Source: Mobula hypostoma (Eukaryota). From it: a stretch of 64,000 bases of DNA. Below the pieces are notes generated by a model. That model did not search any database, had not been told where the DNA came from, and saw nothing but the letters and a program-made list of their open reading frames with translations. The position numbers and the translations under genes were made by a program. Shown piece after piece: positions 1 through 12,693 of the stretch (the stretch's first letter is position 1; the number at the start of each line of letters is the position of its first letter). The stretch spans positions 209,562,001 through 209,626,000 of the forward strand of contig NC_086097.1 of NCBI RefSeq assembly GCF_963921235.1, written 5' to 3'.

Positions 1-1459
1 TTTAACCATATCTGAAATCAGCCTAGACTGTTTTTAATAAACCTGATGCATAGATTTTCACTGACTTGTCATTGCTCAGGAACACTACCTCATTACCCCT
101 TTTTTTACCACAATTTATTTATTTTTGTGATTTATAGTAATTTTATGTCTTTAACAGAATCAGGTTTAATATCACTGGTATATGTTGTGCAATTTGTTGT
201 TTTGTGGCAGCAGTACATTGCAACACAAAATTTAGGAGCCACGTATCTGTTTCCTCTCTGTATTTTATTCTGTGTGTGTTTATCTGGTAAATAGACACGT
301 GGGTGCGGAGGGCGCAGTAAAATCATAGGATTTAGTTATGTATTGTGATTTGTTCTCAGCAGTTTGTAGTGGGGGGGCTGATGGATGTCATATCTTTGCA
401 GATTGCTCAATTATGCTTAACTTGGGTATGCTTAAGTTTCATCACTTCAAAATTATATGTTTGCTAATTAATAAAGGATCAAATACATATGTTCTATTTA
501 TTTATTTTGGAATAATCATTATTGGTGTCGAGAGCGTGTCGTGCAAGTGTAACAAATCCACAGGAGTCACCAACAGCGGTAATTGGTTTTGTTAGAATTA
601 CATATAATAATACAATAATAAAAACTGTAAATTACAATAAGAAGTATAAAGTTTGTATGCGTGTGTGTCTATATCTCTATATCCTGTACCACCACCTCGA
701 TGGTAGCAATGAAAAGATGGTGGGGATCCTTAATGACAGATGCTGCCTTTTTGAGGCATCGCCATTTGAAAATGTCCTCGATGTTGGGGAGGCTACTGCC
801 CATTATGGAGCTGACCGGTTTACAATTTTCTGCATCTTTTTCTGATCCTGTGCAGTGGCCCCTCCATACCAGATAGTGATGCAACCAGTTAGAATGTTCT
901 CCATGGTACATCTATAGAAATTTGCAAGTGTCTTTGGTAACATGCCAATTCTTCTCAAACTCCTAATGAAATGTAGCTACTTTCATGCCTTCTTTATAAT
1001 TGCATCAATATAAAGATAGATCCTCAGAAATGCTGACATCCAGGAACTTGAAACTGCTCACACTTTCCACTTCTGGTCCCTCGATGTGTTGCCTTAACTT
1101 CCCCCTCCTGGCCCACAATCAGTTCCTTGGTATTAATGACATTGATTGCAAGGTTATTTCTGTGACGCCACTCAACCAGCTGATCTATCTCACTCCTGTG
1201 TGACAAGGAGGCATCTTCTGAATATCTGCCAACAATAGTTGTGTCGCTGGCATATTTATGGATGGCTTTTGAGTGGTGTCTAGCTGCACAATCATGGGTA
1301 CAGAGAGTAGAGCATTGGACAATGTGCATATCCTTGAGATGCTCCAGTTTGGTTATCAACGAGGTAGAGATGTTATTTTCAATCCACACAGACTGTGATC
1401 TCCTAGTGAGGAGGTCGAGCATCAGGTTGCAGAGGGAGGTACAGAGACCCAGGTTTTAA

Positions 1460-1871
1460 AATAGAAGCATAGAAAATAGGTGCAAGAGTAGGCCATTCGA
1501 CCCTTCGAGCCTGCACTGCCATTCAGTACGATCATGGCTGATCATCCAAGTCAGAACCTTGTACAAGCCTTCCCCCCCATACCCCCGATCCCTTTAGCCA
1601 CAAGGGCCTTATCTAACTCTCTCTTAAATATAGCCAATGAACTGGCCTCAACTGTTTCCTGTGGCAGAGAATTCCACAGATTCATCACTCTCTGTGTGAA
1701 GAAGTTTTTCCTCATCTCGGTCCTAAAAGGCTTCCTCTTTATCCTCAAACTGTGACCTCTCAGTCTGGACTTCCCCAACATCGGGAACAATCTTCCTGCA
1801 TCTAGCCTGTCCAATCCCTTTAGAATTTTATACGTTTCAATAAGATCCCCCCCAATCTTCTAAATTCCGGA
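1460..1871 (-). mobile_element. CR1 LINE 3' fragment, same subfamily as 56663-58320
   Basis: ORF 1551-1814 (DRLDAGRLFPMLGKSR..NFFTQRVMNLWNSLP) is the CR1 ORF2 C-terminus, with a (CATAGAAA)-type tail. The host LINE resumes with a duplicated GTTTT. Confidence 0.9.
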
Positions 1872-3712
1872 GAGTTTTGGAGCTTGTTGATCAGACCAGT
1901 AGGAACGATTGTGTTGAATGCTGAGGCGTAGTCAATAAACAGCAGCCTGATGTAGGTATTACTATTGTACAGGTGATCCAAGGCCAAGTGCAAAGCCAAA
2001 GAGATTGCACCCATTTTAGATTTATTGTGGCAATAGGCAAATTGCATTAGGTCCAGGGGCTTGCATAGGAAGGAGTTAATTCTAGCCATGACCAACTTCT
2101 CAACTTTATTACAGTAGCTGTAAGTGCCACTCGGCGATACTTGTTCAGGCAACTCACCCTGCTGTTGGGCACTGGTATGACTGTCGACCTTTTGAAGCAG
2201 GTGGGAACCTCCAGCTGCAGCAATGAGTGACTGAAGGTACCCTTGAACACTCCTGTCAGTTGGTTGGCAGAGGTTTTCAGAGGCCTACTAGGTAGACCAT
2301 CAGGGCCTACACCTTGCAAGTGTTAACCCTTTTGAAAGATGTTTGGATGTTGATCTCCAACACAGAGATCACAGAGTCACCAGATGCCACGGGGATTCAC
2401 AGTTTTATTTCCCCTTTCAAAGCATGTATTGAGCTCATCTTGGAGTGAAGCATCACAGCTGTTCATGATGTTACGTTTCGCTTTGTAGGATGTAGTGACC
2501 TGCAGACCATGCCAGTCCTGATGTGCATCTGATTCAGTCTCTAACTTCAGCTGTTTTTTCAATAGCCTTCCATAGGCCTTACCTGGACTTCTTGTGTAGT
2601 TCTGGACTGCCAGTCTTGAATATCACAGATCTAGCCCTCAACAGTCTCCAAATATCCTGGTTCGTCCACTGCTTTTGGTTTGGTAATGACAGATATGTTG
2701 TTGAAGGCACATACTCATCCACAGGTCTTGATGAAGTCAATGACAATTGTGGTGCCTTCATTCACACTCGTAAATAAATCCTTGAATATTGTCCAGTCCA
2801 CCAACTCAAAGAGGCTTGTAAGCACTCCTTGGCCTCCCTTGGCCACATCTTTTTTGGTTCACAATAATGGCGCTGCGGTCTGTGGTCTTTAGTCTCTGCC
2901 TATATGCTGGGAATAGAAGTATAGCCAGGTGATATGGGTGGAAGGTGGCAAGGTAAGTGTTCTTGATGGTGGCATAACAGTGGTCAAGTGTGTTGGCTCC
3001 TCTGGCTCCACAGGTAATATGCTAGTAATAGTTGTTCAGAGACTTCTTCAAGCTGGCCTGGTTGAAACATCTGACAATGATAGAGAAGGTATCAGGATGC
3101 CTTCATGCCTGCCGATTATGTTGCTGGGCTCCTCCAGTGCCTGCCTGCCTGCCTGCCTGATGTTGGCCTGAGGTGGAATGTACACTGCTACCAGGAAGCT
3201 GGAGGGGGAACTCCCTCGGCAGATAAAAAGGACAACATTTGACCACTAGATATTCTAGGTCAGGTGAGCAGGACTGAGAGAGCACCACCATGTTTGTGCA
3301 CCATGATGAGTTTATCATAAACCGTGCTCCACCTCCTTGGCCCTTAAAACACTGAGCTGTCCTATCTTTGTGAAGCTGTTGAGCTGCAGCACTGCATCTG
3401 AAATGGCGGGGGACAGCCAGGTTTCTGTGAAGGAGAGTTCAGAGCTGATGTCACTCTGTTGCCACAATCTTGGTCTGAGGTCTTTAATTTTACTTTCCAG
3501 AGACTCTACATTCACCAGCAGGATAGTCATACCTGTAATCTGGCGTGGCATCCCTGTTTTTCTTTTTCTTAAAGGGAACTGTATTTGTGACCCACATCTG
3601 ACATCTGAGGTGTCATGATATTTAGTGTCGATAGTTTTTTTTAAAACATCTTAAAATGATGTTGCTTATTGAAGTGCCTGTGGCTGTGATGGTGGACTTC
3701 TGCTGTAGCCGC

Positions 3713-4558
3713 TGTTACGTACCCCGTAACTGGGTTGCCAAACCAGCAGAAATGGATCACTCAGTTGGAGTCTGGATTACTAGAACTAAGAAAGTTTTAT
3801 TAAAGAAACAAGCAACACAGTACTCTAATCAAAAGGATAATGAATGCAACAGTTCAGCAATGATAAACATACATATACACAGAATTCAGATAACAGGATC
3901 AATCAAGCTCTATCGTTGTCTAGGGGTAAATGACCAGTTTCAAAGTGACGCAAAGTTCAGTTCAATTTAGTTCAGTTCAATTCGCAGTAATCGCTGCCGT
4001 GGGAGATGGACAGTGTGGTGGAAGGAGCGAGAGAGCAAAAACGAATGAATATTCAAGGCTTTCACACAGACCTTTCGCAGTCAGCTTTCGGGCAAGTCCT
4101 TTGTGATGTCATCTGAGGTCACCGACCGTGACCGCTCCGTTTCCAGATACGATCGTTTCTCTGCAGTGAACCCAGCACCCAGGCAAGGGTGGACATACAC
4201 CGGGTTCCCGCCGATCGTGCCTTTCCACCCTGTGTGTCTATGGCCCGGTACTTCCCACCGACTTGTGAGAGATGCACCACTTCCGGGGTCTTGTTACCTC
4301 GGGTGTCGTGTGTGTTGCCTTAGCGAACCTGTCCCTTTTTATCCCCCTGCTGGGGTATCGCCTGTCCATCACTTCAAACAGTTCAGGGTTCAAAGGGGGA
4401 GCTGATCTTGACAGCTCTCCTTCATTAACATCTCCAAATGCTGCTCCATTGTTTTCCTTATCTCTCTCTCTCCTGAAGACAGGTGGCAGACCAACTGCTG
4501 ATCCCACTGGTGCCAGCCCAGGCCAGCTACATCTTAATCTATGTGTATTCTTGTCACA
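3713..4558 (-). mobile_element. Solo LTR (846 bp), probably gypsy-type
   Basis: Termini TGTTAC...GTCACA (TG..CA). Flanks CCGC (3709-3712) and TCGC (4559-4562) fit a 4-bp TSD with one transition. AATAAA lies on the minus strand near 3797. The host LINE is continuous across it. Confidence 0.75.
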
Positions 4559-4924
4559 TCGCCCTAAATGGAAATATTTGATGATTCACATCGGAGCTGT
4601 ATGCAAACCGCCGCCACTTAATGATGCCATCTTACCAGATCTGTTCTGCCACTAAGCAACTAATTTTGCATCGTAAACACAGAGATGGTAAAGCTGCTAA
4701 GTTAACCAATCTCACGTCACATGCTGGTGATAATAAACCTGATTCTGATTCTGATTTTGACACCACTTACACAACAAAATAAATGAAATAAACAACTAGG
4801 CTACAACTAGTGGTCATGTGTTAAGGGTGAAAGGTGAAATGTTCAAGGGGAACTTGAGGGAAGCTTCTTCACTCAGAGGGTGGTGAGACTGTGCAACAAG
4901 CTGCCAGTGCATGTGAGTTGAGGG

Positions 4925-5900
4925 AGAGAGACTTGTGTATAAGAGTTGAACAGAGTCTTCAATCACATGCCAAATCTCCATAAACCTTAATAAAGTTGAT
5001 AAACTGGCCTGCTTTTTTCATGGTTACATCTATGTGTTGGACCCAGGATAGATCCACTTGAGAAGTTCATACCCAGGAACCTGAAGGTGCTCACTCATGC
5101 CACAACAGACCCTTCAATAATGAGTGGTCTGCATTCGCCTGACTTCTCTTTCTTAAAGTCCATAGTCAGTTCCTTGGTCTTGCTGATGTTGAGCACAATG
5201 AAGATATTGTGGTGCCAGTCAACCAGCTGACCTGCCTTGCTCCTGTCGACCTCCTCATCGCCATTTATGATTCTGCCATTGGTGGATTTGTAGTTGGCAC
5301 TGGAGTTTTGCTTAGCCACAAAGTCATAGGTATAGAGGAGGGGGTGAGGAGGAGATGATGTTTCTGATATTTAGTGGCTATGATCTTCACAGTGAGAAAG
5401 TCAAGGATCCTGTTGCAGAGTGAGGTTATGAAGTCTAGGCATCACCAGAAGAGGCTTCGCAGTAGTGAATTTTAAAAACTCAAACAACAGGAAATCTGCA
5501 GATGTTGGAATTTCAAACAACACACATAAAAGTTGCTGGAGAACGCAGTAGGCCAGGCAGCATCTCTAGGAAGAGGTACAGTCAAAGTTTCAGGCCGAGA
5601 CCCTTCGTCAGGACTAACTGAAGGAAGAGTTAGTAAGAGATTTGAATGTGGGAGGGGGAGGGGGAGATCCAAAATGATAGGAGAAGACAGGAGGGGGAGG
5701 GAGGTCTAGGTCTTGGAGCTTGATGTTAACTTTAGAGAGTCTGATCCACTGAATTGTGTCAATGAACCACAACCTGCTGTGCATGTTCTGGCTGTCCAGG
5801 TGATCCAGAGCGGATGGAGAGCCAGAGAGGTAGCATTTATTATCGATCTATTTTGGCAATCAGCAAAATGAAGTGGCTCATGTCCTTACAGAGGCAGGAG
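4925..5900 (-). mobile_element. Decayed Rex-Babar LINE fragment interrupted by a Penelope-like piece
   Basis: ORF 5095-5319 contains 'LNISKTKELTMDF'. The sequence resumes at about 5701 after the insertion. Confidence 0.7.
5440..5700 (-). mobile_element. Penelope-like pseudo-LTR fragment containing a hammerhead motif
   Basis: Minus strand reads TAGTC-CTGACGA-AGGGTCTCGGCCT-GAAAC...GATGCTGCCTGGCC...CATCTGCAGATTTCC, shared with many copies in the window. Flanked by GAAGTCTAGG (5430-5439) and GAGGTCTAGG (5701-5710). Confidence 0.7.
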
Positions 5901-5939
5901 TATGTTTGTCAAATGCCTGTATATAGCTGAATTGTACGA

Positions 5940-6182
5940 ACGATGTCCCAGATTTGATTCCGGTGCCATCTGTGGGAAGTTTGTACGTTCTCACTGTGAA
6001 CCGCGTGGGTTTCCTCTGGGTGCTCCGGTTTCCTCCCACATTCCAAAGACCCAGCAGTTAGTAAGTTAATTGGTCATTGTAATTTGTCCTGTGATAAGGC
6101 TAGTGTTAAATAGGTAGGTTGCTGGGCAGCATGGCTTGTTGGCCAAAAGGGCCTGTCCTGTGCTGTATCTCTATAAATAAAT
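5940..6182 (+). mobile_element. HE1-like V-SINE (tRNA-derived)
   Basis: V-domain core GTGGGTTTCCTCTGGGTGCTCCGGTTTCCTCCCACATTCCAAAGAC, followed by a CR1-like 3' tail (GGCCAAAAGGGCCTGTCCTGTGCTGTATCTCTA) and TAAA repeats. Confidence 0.85.
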
Positions 6183-7574
6183 GATGTAAACTGTATTTGC
6201 TGTTTGTATCTAAGTGGAGTAAAAATTAACCTCAGTCTTCTGGGTATTTGTTCAATGTGCACATTATTAAAATCAGATATGTATAAAGTAGGATGGAAAA
6301 TTGACCAGATGTAGCCCTATTTGTATCCATTTCTGTTTCTTTCTCACCACTGACCATAGAAGATTTTGCACTGAGTATACATGTATAAAATGTCTAATAG
6401 ATTGAGTATATATATAAAAAAAATACTCTCCTGCAAGAGTTACGTGTGTGGACTTCAGAAGGGGATAGGATTAGACTTCGGAAATTTACCGCCTGTCCTT
6501 TAAACCTCACCATCTGCATGACAAAGTCCCTTAAAAACCACATCTTAATCTCACAAATGAGGTCAACTGATAAGAGGTGATCTGAAATTGTGGAACCCAT
6601 ATCTCAGCTTGTCAGGAAGAAAAGTGTGGATAGAAAAATATTCAGATAATTTACTGAAATTATTTATCTCGTAATTTATGAATTTGCATCTGAACTGTTC
6701 TGTTTTATGTCTCCAGAGGTACAATGATTTTAGGCCAATTCTTGACATTTACTTCCATGAAAAACACCTAGGTTAGCCTGAGTCAATAGAGTACATGTAA
6801 TTCTTGCTTTTGGCAGGAGCAGAAAAATTCTGTACAACTCCCATGCACCATTAATTCAAATATCATTTATAGATTCAACAGATTTATGACATTTTCAGTC
6901 TAAATCTTTATGCATTTTGTTCTCACAAAATAAGCTATTTGAAGATTGTGTTATTTTTTTCTTGTATCTGATTTGAAGAATGTATTAGACGTGGAACTTT
7001 AAGTTAAAAGTAATGATAAGTGATGGAAAGATATACCACTGTGAACACAGTACTCACTTTGCTTTTGTCTAAAATCAATGGACAGGTACTCCATTGTTTT
7101 TGTTGTTTTATGGAGTGGTTTCCTTCTTTGTCTCCAGATTTATTTTTTCTTTTTGAAGGTGTCATTTTCTTGTAGTGTTCCAGAAATGAGTGTGTTTCAG
7201 CTTCAATCTAACACATCATTACATATGAACATTGATAGACCATCCGATGGTGTGCGAATAGGGAAATTGCATCAGGGCATTTTAGATTCTTTAACTGTCT
7301 AATATCAATAGTCTGAGTCCCGAGTCTAGTTACTGTTCCTCTTAACTGACCTCATGCTGGAAGAGACAACTTTAGTGCCCATCAATTACAACCAGTAAAA
7401 TAAGGAACTTCTTAACAACAGGTTGAATATAGAACCTAACTAAACTATCTAACTCATTTTTAAAATGGTGAATCTGTGAGGTTTACTCCCAAGTTGTACA
7501 ATGACCAAGCCATAGACTGCTCTGATGGCATTTTAGGAATTTGTGCTGTCTGATGTCTTTTCTGCTGCTTTTGA

Positions 7575-8115
7575 ACATAAAATATTGAACAATACAGCAC
7601 TGGAAAAAACACTTTGCTCCAGCATATCTGTACTAATTGTGCTAATGTAACTCCACTTGCACATAGCCTGTATCCGTGCATTTCCTACCTGTTCATGTGT
7701 CTGTCTAAGTGCCTCTCAAATGTAACTATTGTGCCTGCTTCTACCTCCTCCCCTGGTAGTGTGTTCTAGGCACCTACCACTCTGTATAGAAAGATGCATC
7801 TTAAACGTCTCCTTCAACTCTCCCCTCTCTCCCCCCCCCCCAACTCACCTAAAAACTATGCAATTTAGCAATTGTTTTCCCAGGGTGAAAATGTCAAATG
7901 CTAAATTGCTTACTTATTTTCACCCTGGGAAAACAATTCTGACAATCTTTCCGAATTGTGCTTCCCATGTTTTAAATTTTTCCAGGTTACACTCAGTCTC
8001 TGTAGCTTCAGATAAAATAATCAAAATTTGTCCAGCCTCTCCCTATAGTTAATACTTTTCCAGTCCACGCAGTATCCTGGTGGACTACTTCAGTACCCTC
8101 CCCAAAGCTTCCACT
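7575..8115 (-). mobile_element. Old CR1 LINE 3' fragment
   Basis: AACATAAAATATTGAACAATACAGCAC tail and degenerate minus-strand ORF2 C-terminal sequence. Confidence 0.6.
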
Positions 8116-9059
8116 TGAAAGGTAAAAGTGTCTCTTTTGATTATTGGTTGGAACACATCTAAATAATTAAAAACTTTAAATTAACAATATTGATGAATTC
8201 ATTTAAAACCACAATCAATTCATGAAAATTTAATATTCAAATAAAATGGAAATTTAAAAAAAAGAAACAACATAATTTACTTCCCCTTTCCATGCAGGTT
8301 CGTGACTTTCTATGACTGGCATACATTTGAGGAGCCAGATATGAAATAGATCTTGTTCATCAGCTTGATACATTACAGACGTGTTGCTGGGCCAAATGTG
8401 CTCTGTTGGCAATATATCATGGCATACACACAGCATTATGAGCATGACATTATAGATGATATTTGGACAGGGTAGTTTTTGATTCAGACTTAGCTGATAG
8501 ATCCAGTTTTATGAAATGTAAATGTTTCTTTAAATATAAAAGATGAACAAGATGTAATTAACTCAAGTTGTTAGACGTACTCAAACAACATTGGTTTATT
8601 TGGAGAGAGGATTAGAGGGAAGCTATGGAAAATACAGAAATGATACTTAACATAAAAGTTCTGAAGTGTTATGGAATTCTGCCTGAGAGAGTATTGGAAC
8701 CAGAAACCTTTACCACATTGGAGGAAGTAAGTGGATGAGCATTTGATGTGCCATAACTCTCATTTCTGCAGATGACAGCTGGGAAGTGGGATCAGCCTCA
8801 ATAGCTGCAGGCACGAGGTATGATGACCTCCTCCTGTACCATTCAGTAAGATGTTCCTTAAATGCCCAGTTCAGTGTTAAGTGGTAGACAGCTGACTCCA
8901 ACTTATTATTAACTGAGTTGTACAAATTTATAAAATGGTAATTTATATTAAGCACAAAAATGTATAAATGAAATTCCAGTGCACTTTACATTTTTGGTTT
9001 GGGTATCATGCAGTGTAAATCAGAAAATCCCTGTGTGATCAAATGAAAAATAAATATAG

Positions 9060-9700
9060 AAGTGCTGGCAGGATCCGTTTAATCAGCGAGTCAGCGTCAA
9101 CCCCTTCGGCAAGCCGCTCAGTAGTGGAGGAACTGGAGTTAGTCTGGACTGTGTTGATGCCTGCTACAGTAAGACATTGGAGTCTGCACGCGAGGGTGGT
9201 CTGCAGTTTAACAGCGAGTGATTGCCTTGGGTTTCTTTTCTTGTGATCACAAGACCCTGCTGGACATTGGTAACGCAGAACACTGCAAGTCCGGTTCACT
9301 GGTTTGTTAGTGAGACTGGCAGCAGGAGAGCTGTGTGGCCTCGGTTGTAGCACAGACTGGATCTCATGCCATGGTGTAGCCTGTTGCAGAGCCCAGGAGT
9401 GCTGAGGTCCGAGGCAGTGCATTGTGGCTGAATTAGAGGCTATCCCACTCCGCCAGTGTTTGCTTGGTGGAAGACAAGCTGGATTGTGTTCACTGCAGAC
9501 TGCTGCGGGCTTGCTTTTGCTTGCAACAGCCATGGACTCGGACTTGGGTTATATTACATTTTTCTGTGTGACTGTATACTTGCTGTTATCTTATATGTGT
9601 TTGGTGCTGTGTTTTACAACTTGGCCCCAGAGTAACACTGTTTCACTTGGCTGTACTCATGGGTATTCATGTATGGTTGAGTGACAATTAAACTTGAAGT
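9060..9700 (+). mobile_element. Non-autonomous Rex-Babar-derived element (5'UTR-like plus 3'UTR-like parts)
   Basis: Shares TTCTTGTGATCACAAGACCYTGCTGGACATTGGTAAC and GAGCTGTGTGGCCT with 10704-11340. Ends in a Rex-type 3' end (GAGTGACAATTAAACTTGAA). Confidence 0.55.
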
Positions 9701-10703
9701 TAATTAAACATTGGAGATGCAAAACTATTTATGTTAAACAGTGATCTTCAGAGAAAGATCTGAATACATTACCCTTAATGTTTTTTGTTCACATCATTCC
9801 TCAATACAACTACAAGATAAAGATTGTGGAAAGACATCAAGATCTCTGTCTATTCCACTATGGATTGTTAAGAGAGCCAGAATCAGGTTTATTATCACCA
9901 ACGTACAGTATGACATGAAATATGTTGTTTTGTGGCAGCAGTACAGTGCAATACATAAACATTACTTTAAGAATATGAATAAAGATAAACAATAAATAGT
10001 CCAAAAAGAGAGTAAATTAGTGAGGTAGTGTTCATGGGCCCATTGACCATTTGGAGGGAAAGAAGCTGTTCCAAAAACACTGGGTGTGTGTTTTTGGGCT
10101 CCTATACCCCCTCCTTGTTGGCAGTAATGAGAAGAGGCGTGAGCTTGATGGGGAGGGTCCTTTATGATGGATGCCACCTTACGACGTTGCCTTTTGAACA
10201 TGTTCTTGATAGTGGGAAGACTGGTGCGTATGATGGAGCTGGCTGTTTACAATCCTTTGCAGTTTTTTTTCCGATCTTGTACCTAGACCTCTCCATACCA
10301 GTCAGAATGCTCTCCAAATTTCTGTAGAAATTCGCTCGAATCTTTGGTGACCGATCAAATCTCTTCAAACACCTAGAAATATAGCCGTTGGTGTGCCTCC
10401 TTCATAATTGCATCGATATGTTGGGCCCAAGATAGATCTTCAGAGATGTTGACTCCCAGGAACTTGAAACTGCTCACCATTCAATGGGAGCTGATATGCA
10501 TCTTCCTGATTTCCCCTTCCTCAAGTCCACAGTCACTTCCTTGGTCTTACGGATCTTGAATAAAGATTGTTTTTATGACACCACTCAACCAGCCAGTCTA
10601 GCTCACTCCTCGTCATCACCATCTGAGATTCTGCCAACAATGGTTGTATTGTCAGATAGTTTATAGATGCCATTTGAACTGTACCTAGCCACACAATCAT
10701 GAT

Positions 10704-11340
10704 TTCTGGTAAGATGGTGGCGAGTTTCATCGCAACAGCTTCTCCGGGTCCAATAAGTGGTTAAGATGTTTGTCTTAATAGTTTTTCTTGTGATCACAAG
10801 ACCTTGCTGGACATTGGTAACACTAAGTACCACAAAGTCCAGTTCTTTGGGTTCATTGACAAGACCAACGATGGGGGAGCTGTGTGGCCTTAGTCGTTGC
10901 ACAGAACAGGCCCTTGTGGTGCAGTCTCACCTGTTACAGCCACCCAGGGGAGGAGCTGCCAGATACGGTGTGGGAGAGAATTCAGGTGCGGTGGACACAC
11001 TGGATTCCAAATTATGTTGGGGACTAGTTCCGGTGGGTCAGCGCTCCTATTGGTGCTGCTCTCCATTGTTTGCTCCATGGCAGGTGAGCTAGATTGCCTT
11101 TACCTGTAGCTGACTCAGTGTGAGATGAGGAACTGCTTCGTGCTTGTTGTTTGCTGAAACATGGCTCCAGGACAACATCCCATGCATATCAATCTTCAGA
11201 CTATGCCTCTCAGGGATTTAAGCTAATATTGTATTGTAACTGTGTGCTATTGTAACCATATGTACTGTGCTTTTTGCAGCTTGGTTCTGGAGGAATGATG
11301 TTTTGTTTAGCTGTGTACATGTGTATGATTGCATGAACTT
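10704..11340 (+). mobile_element. Internally deleted (bipartite) Rex-Babar derivative
   Basis: Starts with TCTGGTAAGATGG, the same 5' motif as the LINE end at about 4640. Carries a short APE N-terminal remnant at about 11115-11180 (..EMRNCFVL..AETWLQDNI) fused to a Rex-type 3'UTR. Confidence 0.65.
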
Positions 11341-11701
11341 AATTATAGAGAGAGTAGAGCAGTGGGCTAAGCATGTGTGGGACCCACAGTAATGTGGAGC
11401 ATATTAATGGACACTGGACACCCCCCCCCACCTAATTTTCTTGTATTTTTATCATTCACAATTTGATTAATGTTCATTTGCACTAAAAGTGGTAATATTT
11501 TAGTAGGTTAATTGATGGTTACAATGAGTAAAGCTCACACAGGCACTTGGGGCAGCTGGGGGGGGGGTCCTTGGGGCATGGGAGTGCGCATGTGCCATTC
11601 AGTAGACAGAGATGGCCTGGCGGCATGCATGTTAAGCTGATGCGCTTTTCCAGGTGAGCAAAAATGGTGAAAAGATGTATAAAAGTAGCCACACAGATGT
11701 A

Positions 11702-12693
11702 TGATCCCCACAAGGCTGTGTGCTTAGCCCATTGCTGTTTACACTGCTAACACATGACTGTGCAGCCAGATTCAAGGAGAACCTGATCATTAAATTTGCA
11801 GATGATACCACAGTGGTGGGGCTCATCAGCAAAAATGATGAAACAATGTACAGGGAGGAGGTCAAACACCTAGAGAGCTGGTGCAGGGATAACAACTTGA
11901 TACTTAATGTCACCAAAACCAAGGAGATGATCGTCGATCTCAGATGGTCTCAGCCTGAACACACACCTCTCAGCATCAGCGGCTCCACAGTGGAGAGAGT
12001 GGAAAACATCAAGTTCCTTGGGGTGCAGATCTCGAACAATCTCACCTGGTCCAGGAACACCACTAGGATTGTGAAACGGGCCCAGCAGAGGTTGCACTTT
12101 CTGAGGAAGCTTAAACAAGCATCACTCCCCACTAACAGCTTAACTACATTCTACAGAGGCGTGGTTGAGAGTGTGCTGACCTTTAGCATCACAACCTGGT
12201 ACTCCAGCTGCAGTGCTGTCGACAAAAAAGCCTTGCGGAGGGTGGTTAGGGGAGCAGAGAAGGTTATTGGGGTCTCCCTACCTTCTGTCCAAAACCTCTT
12301 TCAGAGTCGATGCCTCCAGAAGACACGGTACATCATTAAAGACCCCTCACACCCTCTCCATGAACTGTTTGTTCTTCTGCCATCAGGCAAACGTTACAGG
12401 AGCATCAAAACTAAAACCACAAGGCTACTAAACAGCTTCCTCCCACAGGCAGTCAGACTGCTAAATAGCTGCTCCACCTGACTCTGCTTTGGACACTTTT
12501 AACTTGCACTGAACACTTATAACTGATTTTAACTGACATGTGGCTGTTGTGTTTTACTATTTATTGTTATGTTTATTATTTAGTGTTGTGTTTGTTATGT
12601 TATGATTTCACTACTCCTGAGAAACGCTGTCTCATTCTGCCCTGCAGAGCTGATGTACGGTTAGAATGACAATAAAGTTTTTTGAATCTTGAA
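11702..12693 (+). mobile_element. Young 5'-truncated Rex-Babar LINE
   Basis: Starts at the 'SPQGCVLSPLLF' RT motif, has an uninterrupted ORF to the stop at 12481, then 3'UTR with AATAAA and a (TTGAATC)n tail. Possible ATGAT duplication at the flanks. Confidence 0.9.
11720..12481 (+). CDS. Rex-Babar ORF C-terminal part (RT C-half with KFADD plus DUF1891-like region), 5'-truncated
   Basis: 253-aa open frame: LSPLLFTLLTHDC..IIKFADDTTVVGLIS..LNVTKTKEMIVD..FLGVQISNNLTWS..KRAQQRLHFLRKL..DPSHPLHELF..NSFLPQAVRLLN. Confidence 0.85.
   Translation: MLSPLLFTLLTHDCAARFKENLIIKFADDTTVVGLISKNDETMYREEVKHLESWCRDNNLILNVTKTKEMIVDLRWSQPEHTPLSISGSTVERVENIKFLGVQISNNLTWSRNTTRIVKRAQQRLHFLRKLKQASLPTNSLTTFYRGVVESVLTFSITTWYSSCSAVDKKALRRVVRGAEKVIGVSLPSVQNLFQSRCLQKTRYIIKDPSHPLHELFVLLPSGKRYRSIKTKTTRLLNSFLPQAVRLLNSCST

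Larger units (their letters stand above)
590..4640 (-). mobile_element. Near full-length decayed Rex1/Babar-type LINE, interrupted by a CR1 fragment (1460-1871) and a solo LTR (3713-4558)
   Basis: Minus-strand fragments run through the whole ORF: APE N-term (ILLVNVESLESK..LSFTETWL, 3315-3551), 'GPDGLPSRPLK..VPTCFKRSTVIPVP' (2047-2319), 'LDLMQFAY..IRLLFIDYASAFNTI' (1820-2152), 'KYASDTTIVG' (1024-1422), C-term 'IKDPHH' (669-911). The 5' end reads TCTGGTAAGATGGC on the minus strand near 4620-4640. The LINE reads through both nested insertions. Confidence 0.85.

Noticed and set aside
6700..6780. Possible 55-nt coding exon (ctccag|AGGTAC..CTAG|gttagc; RYNDFRPILDIYFHEKHL)
   Set aside because: Weak donor site, no recognisable protein match and no partner exons found; compatible with chance.
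8280..8475. Acceptor-like TTCCCCTTTCCATGCAG followed by exon-like sequence
   Set aside because: All three frames hit stops within about 55 nt.
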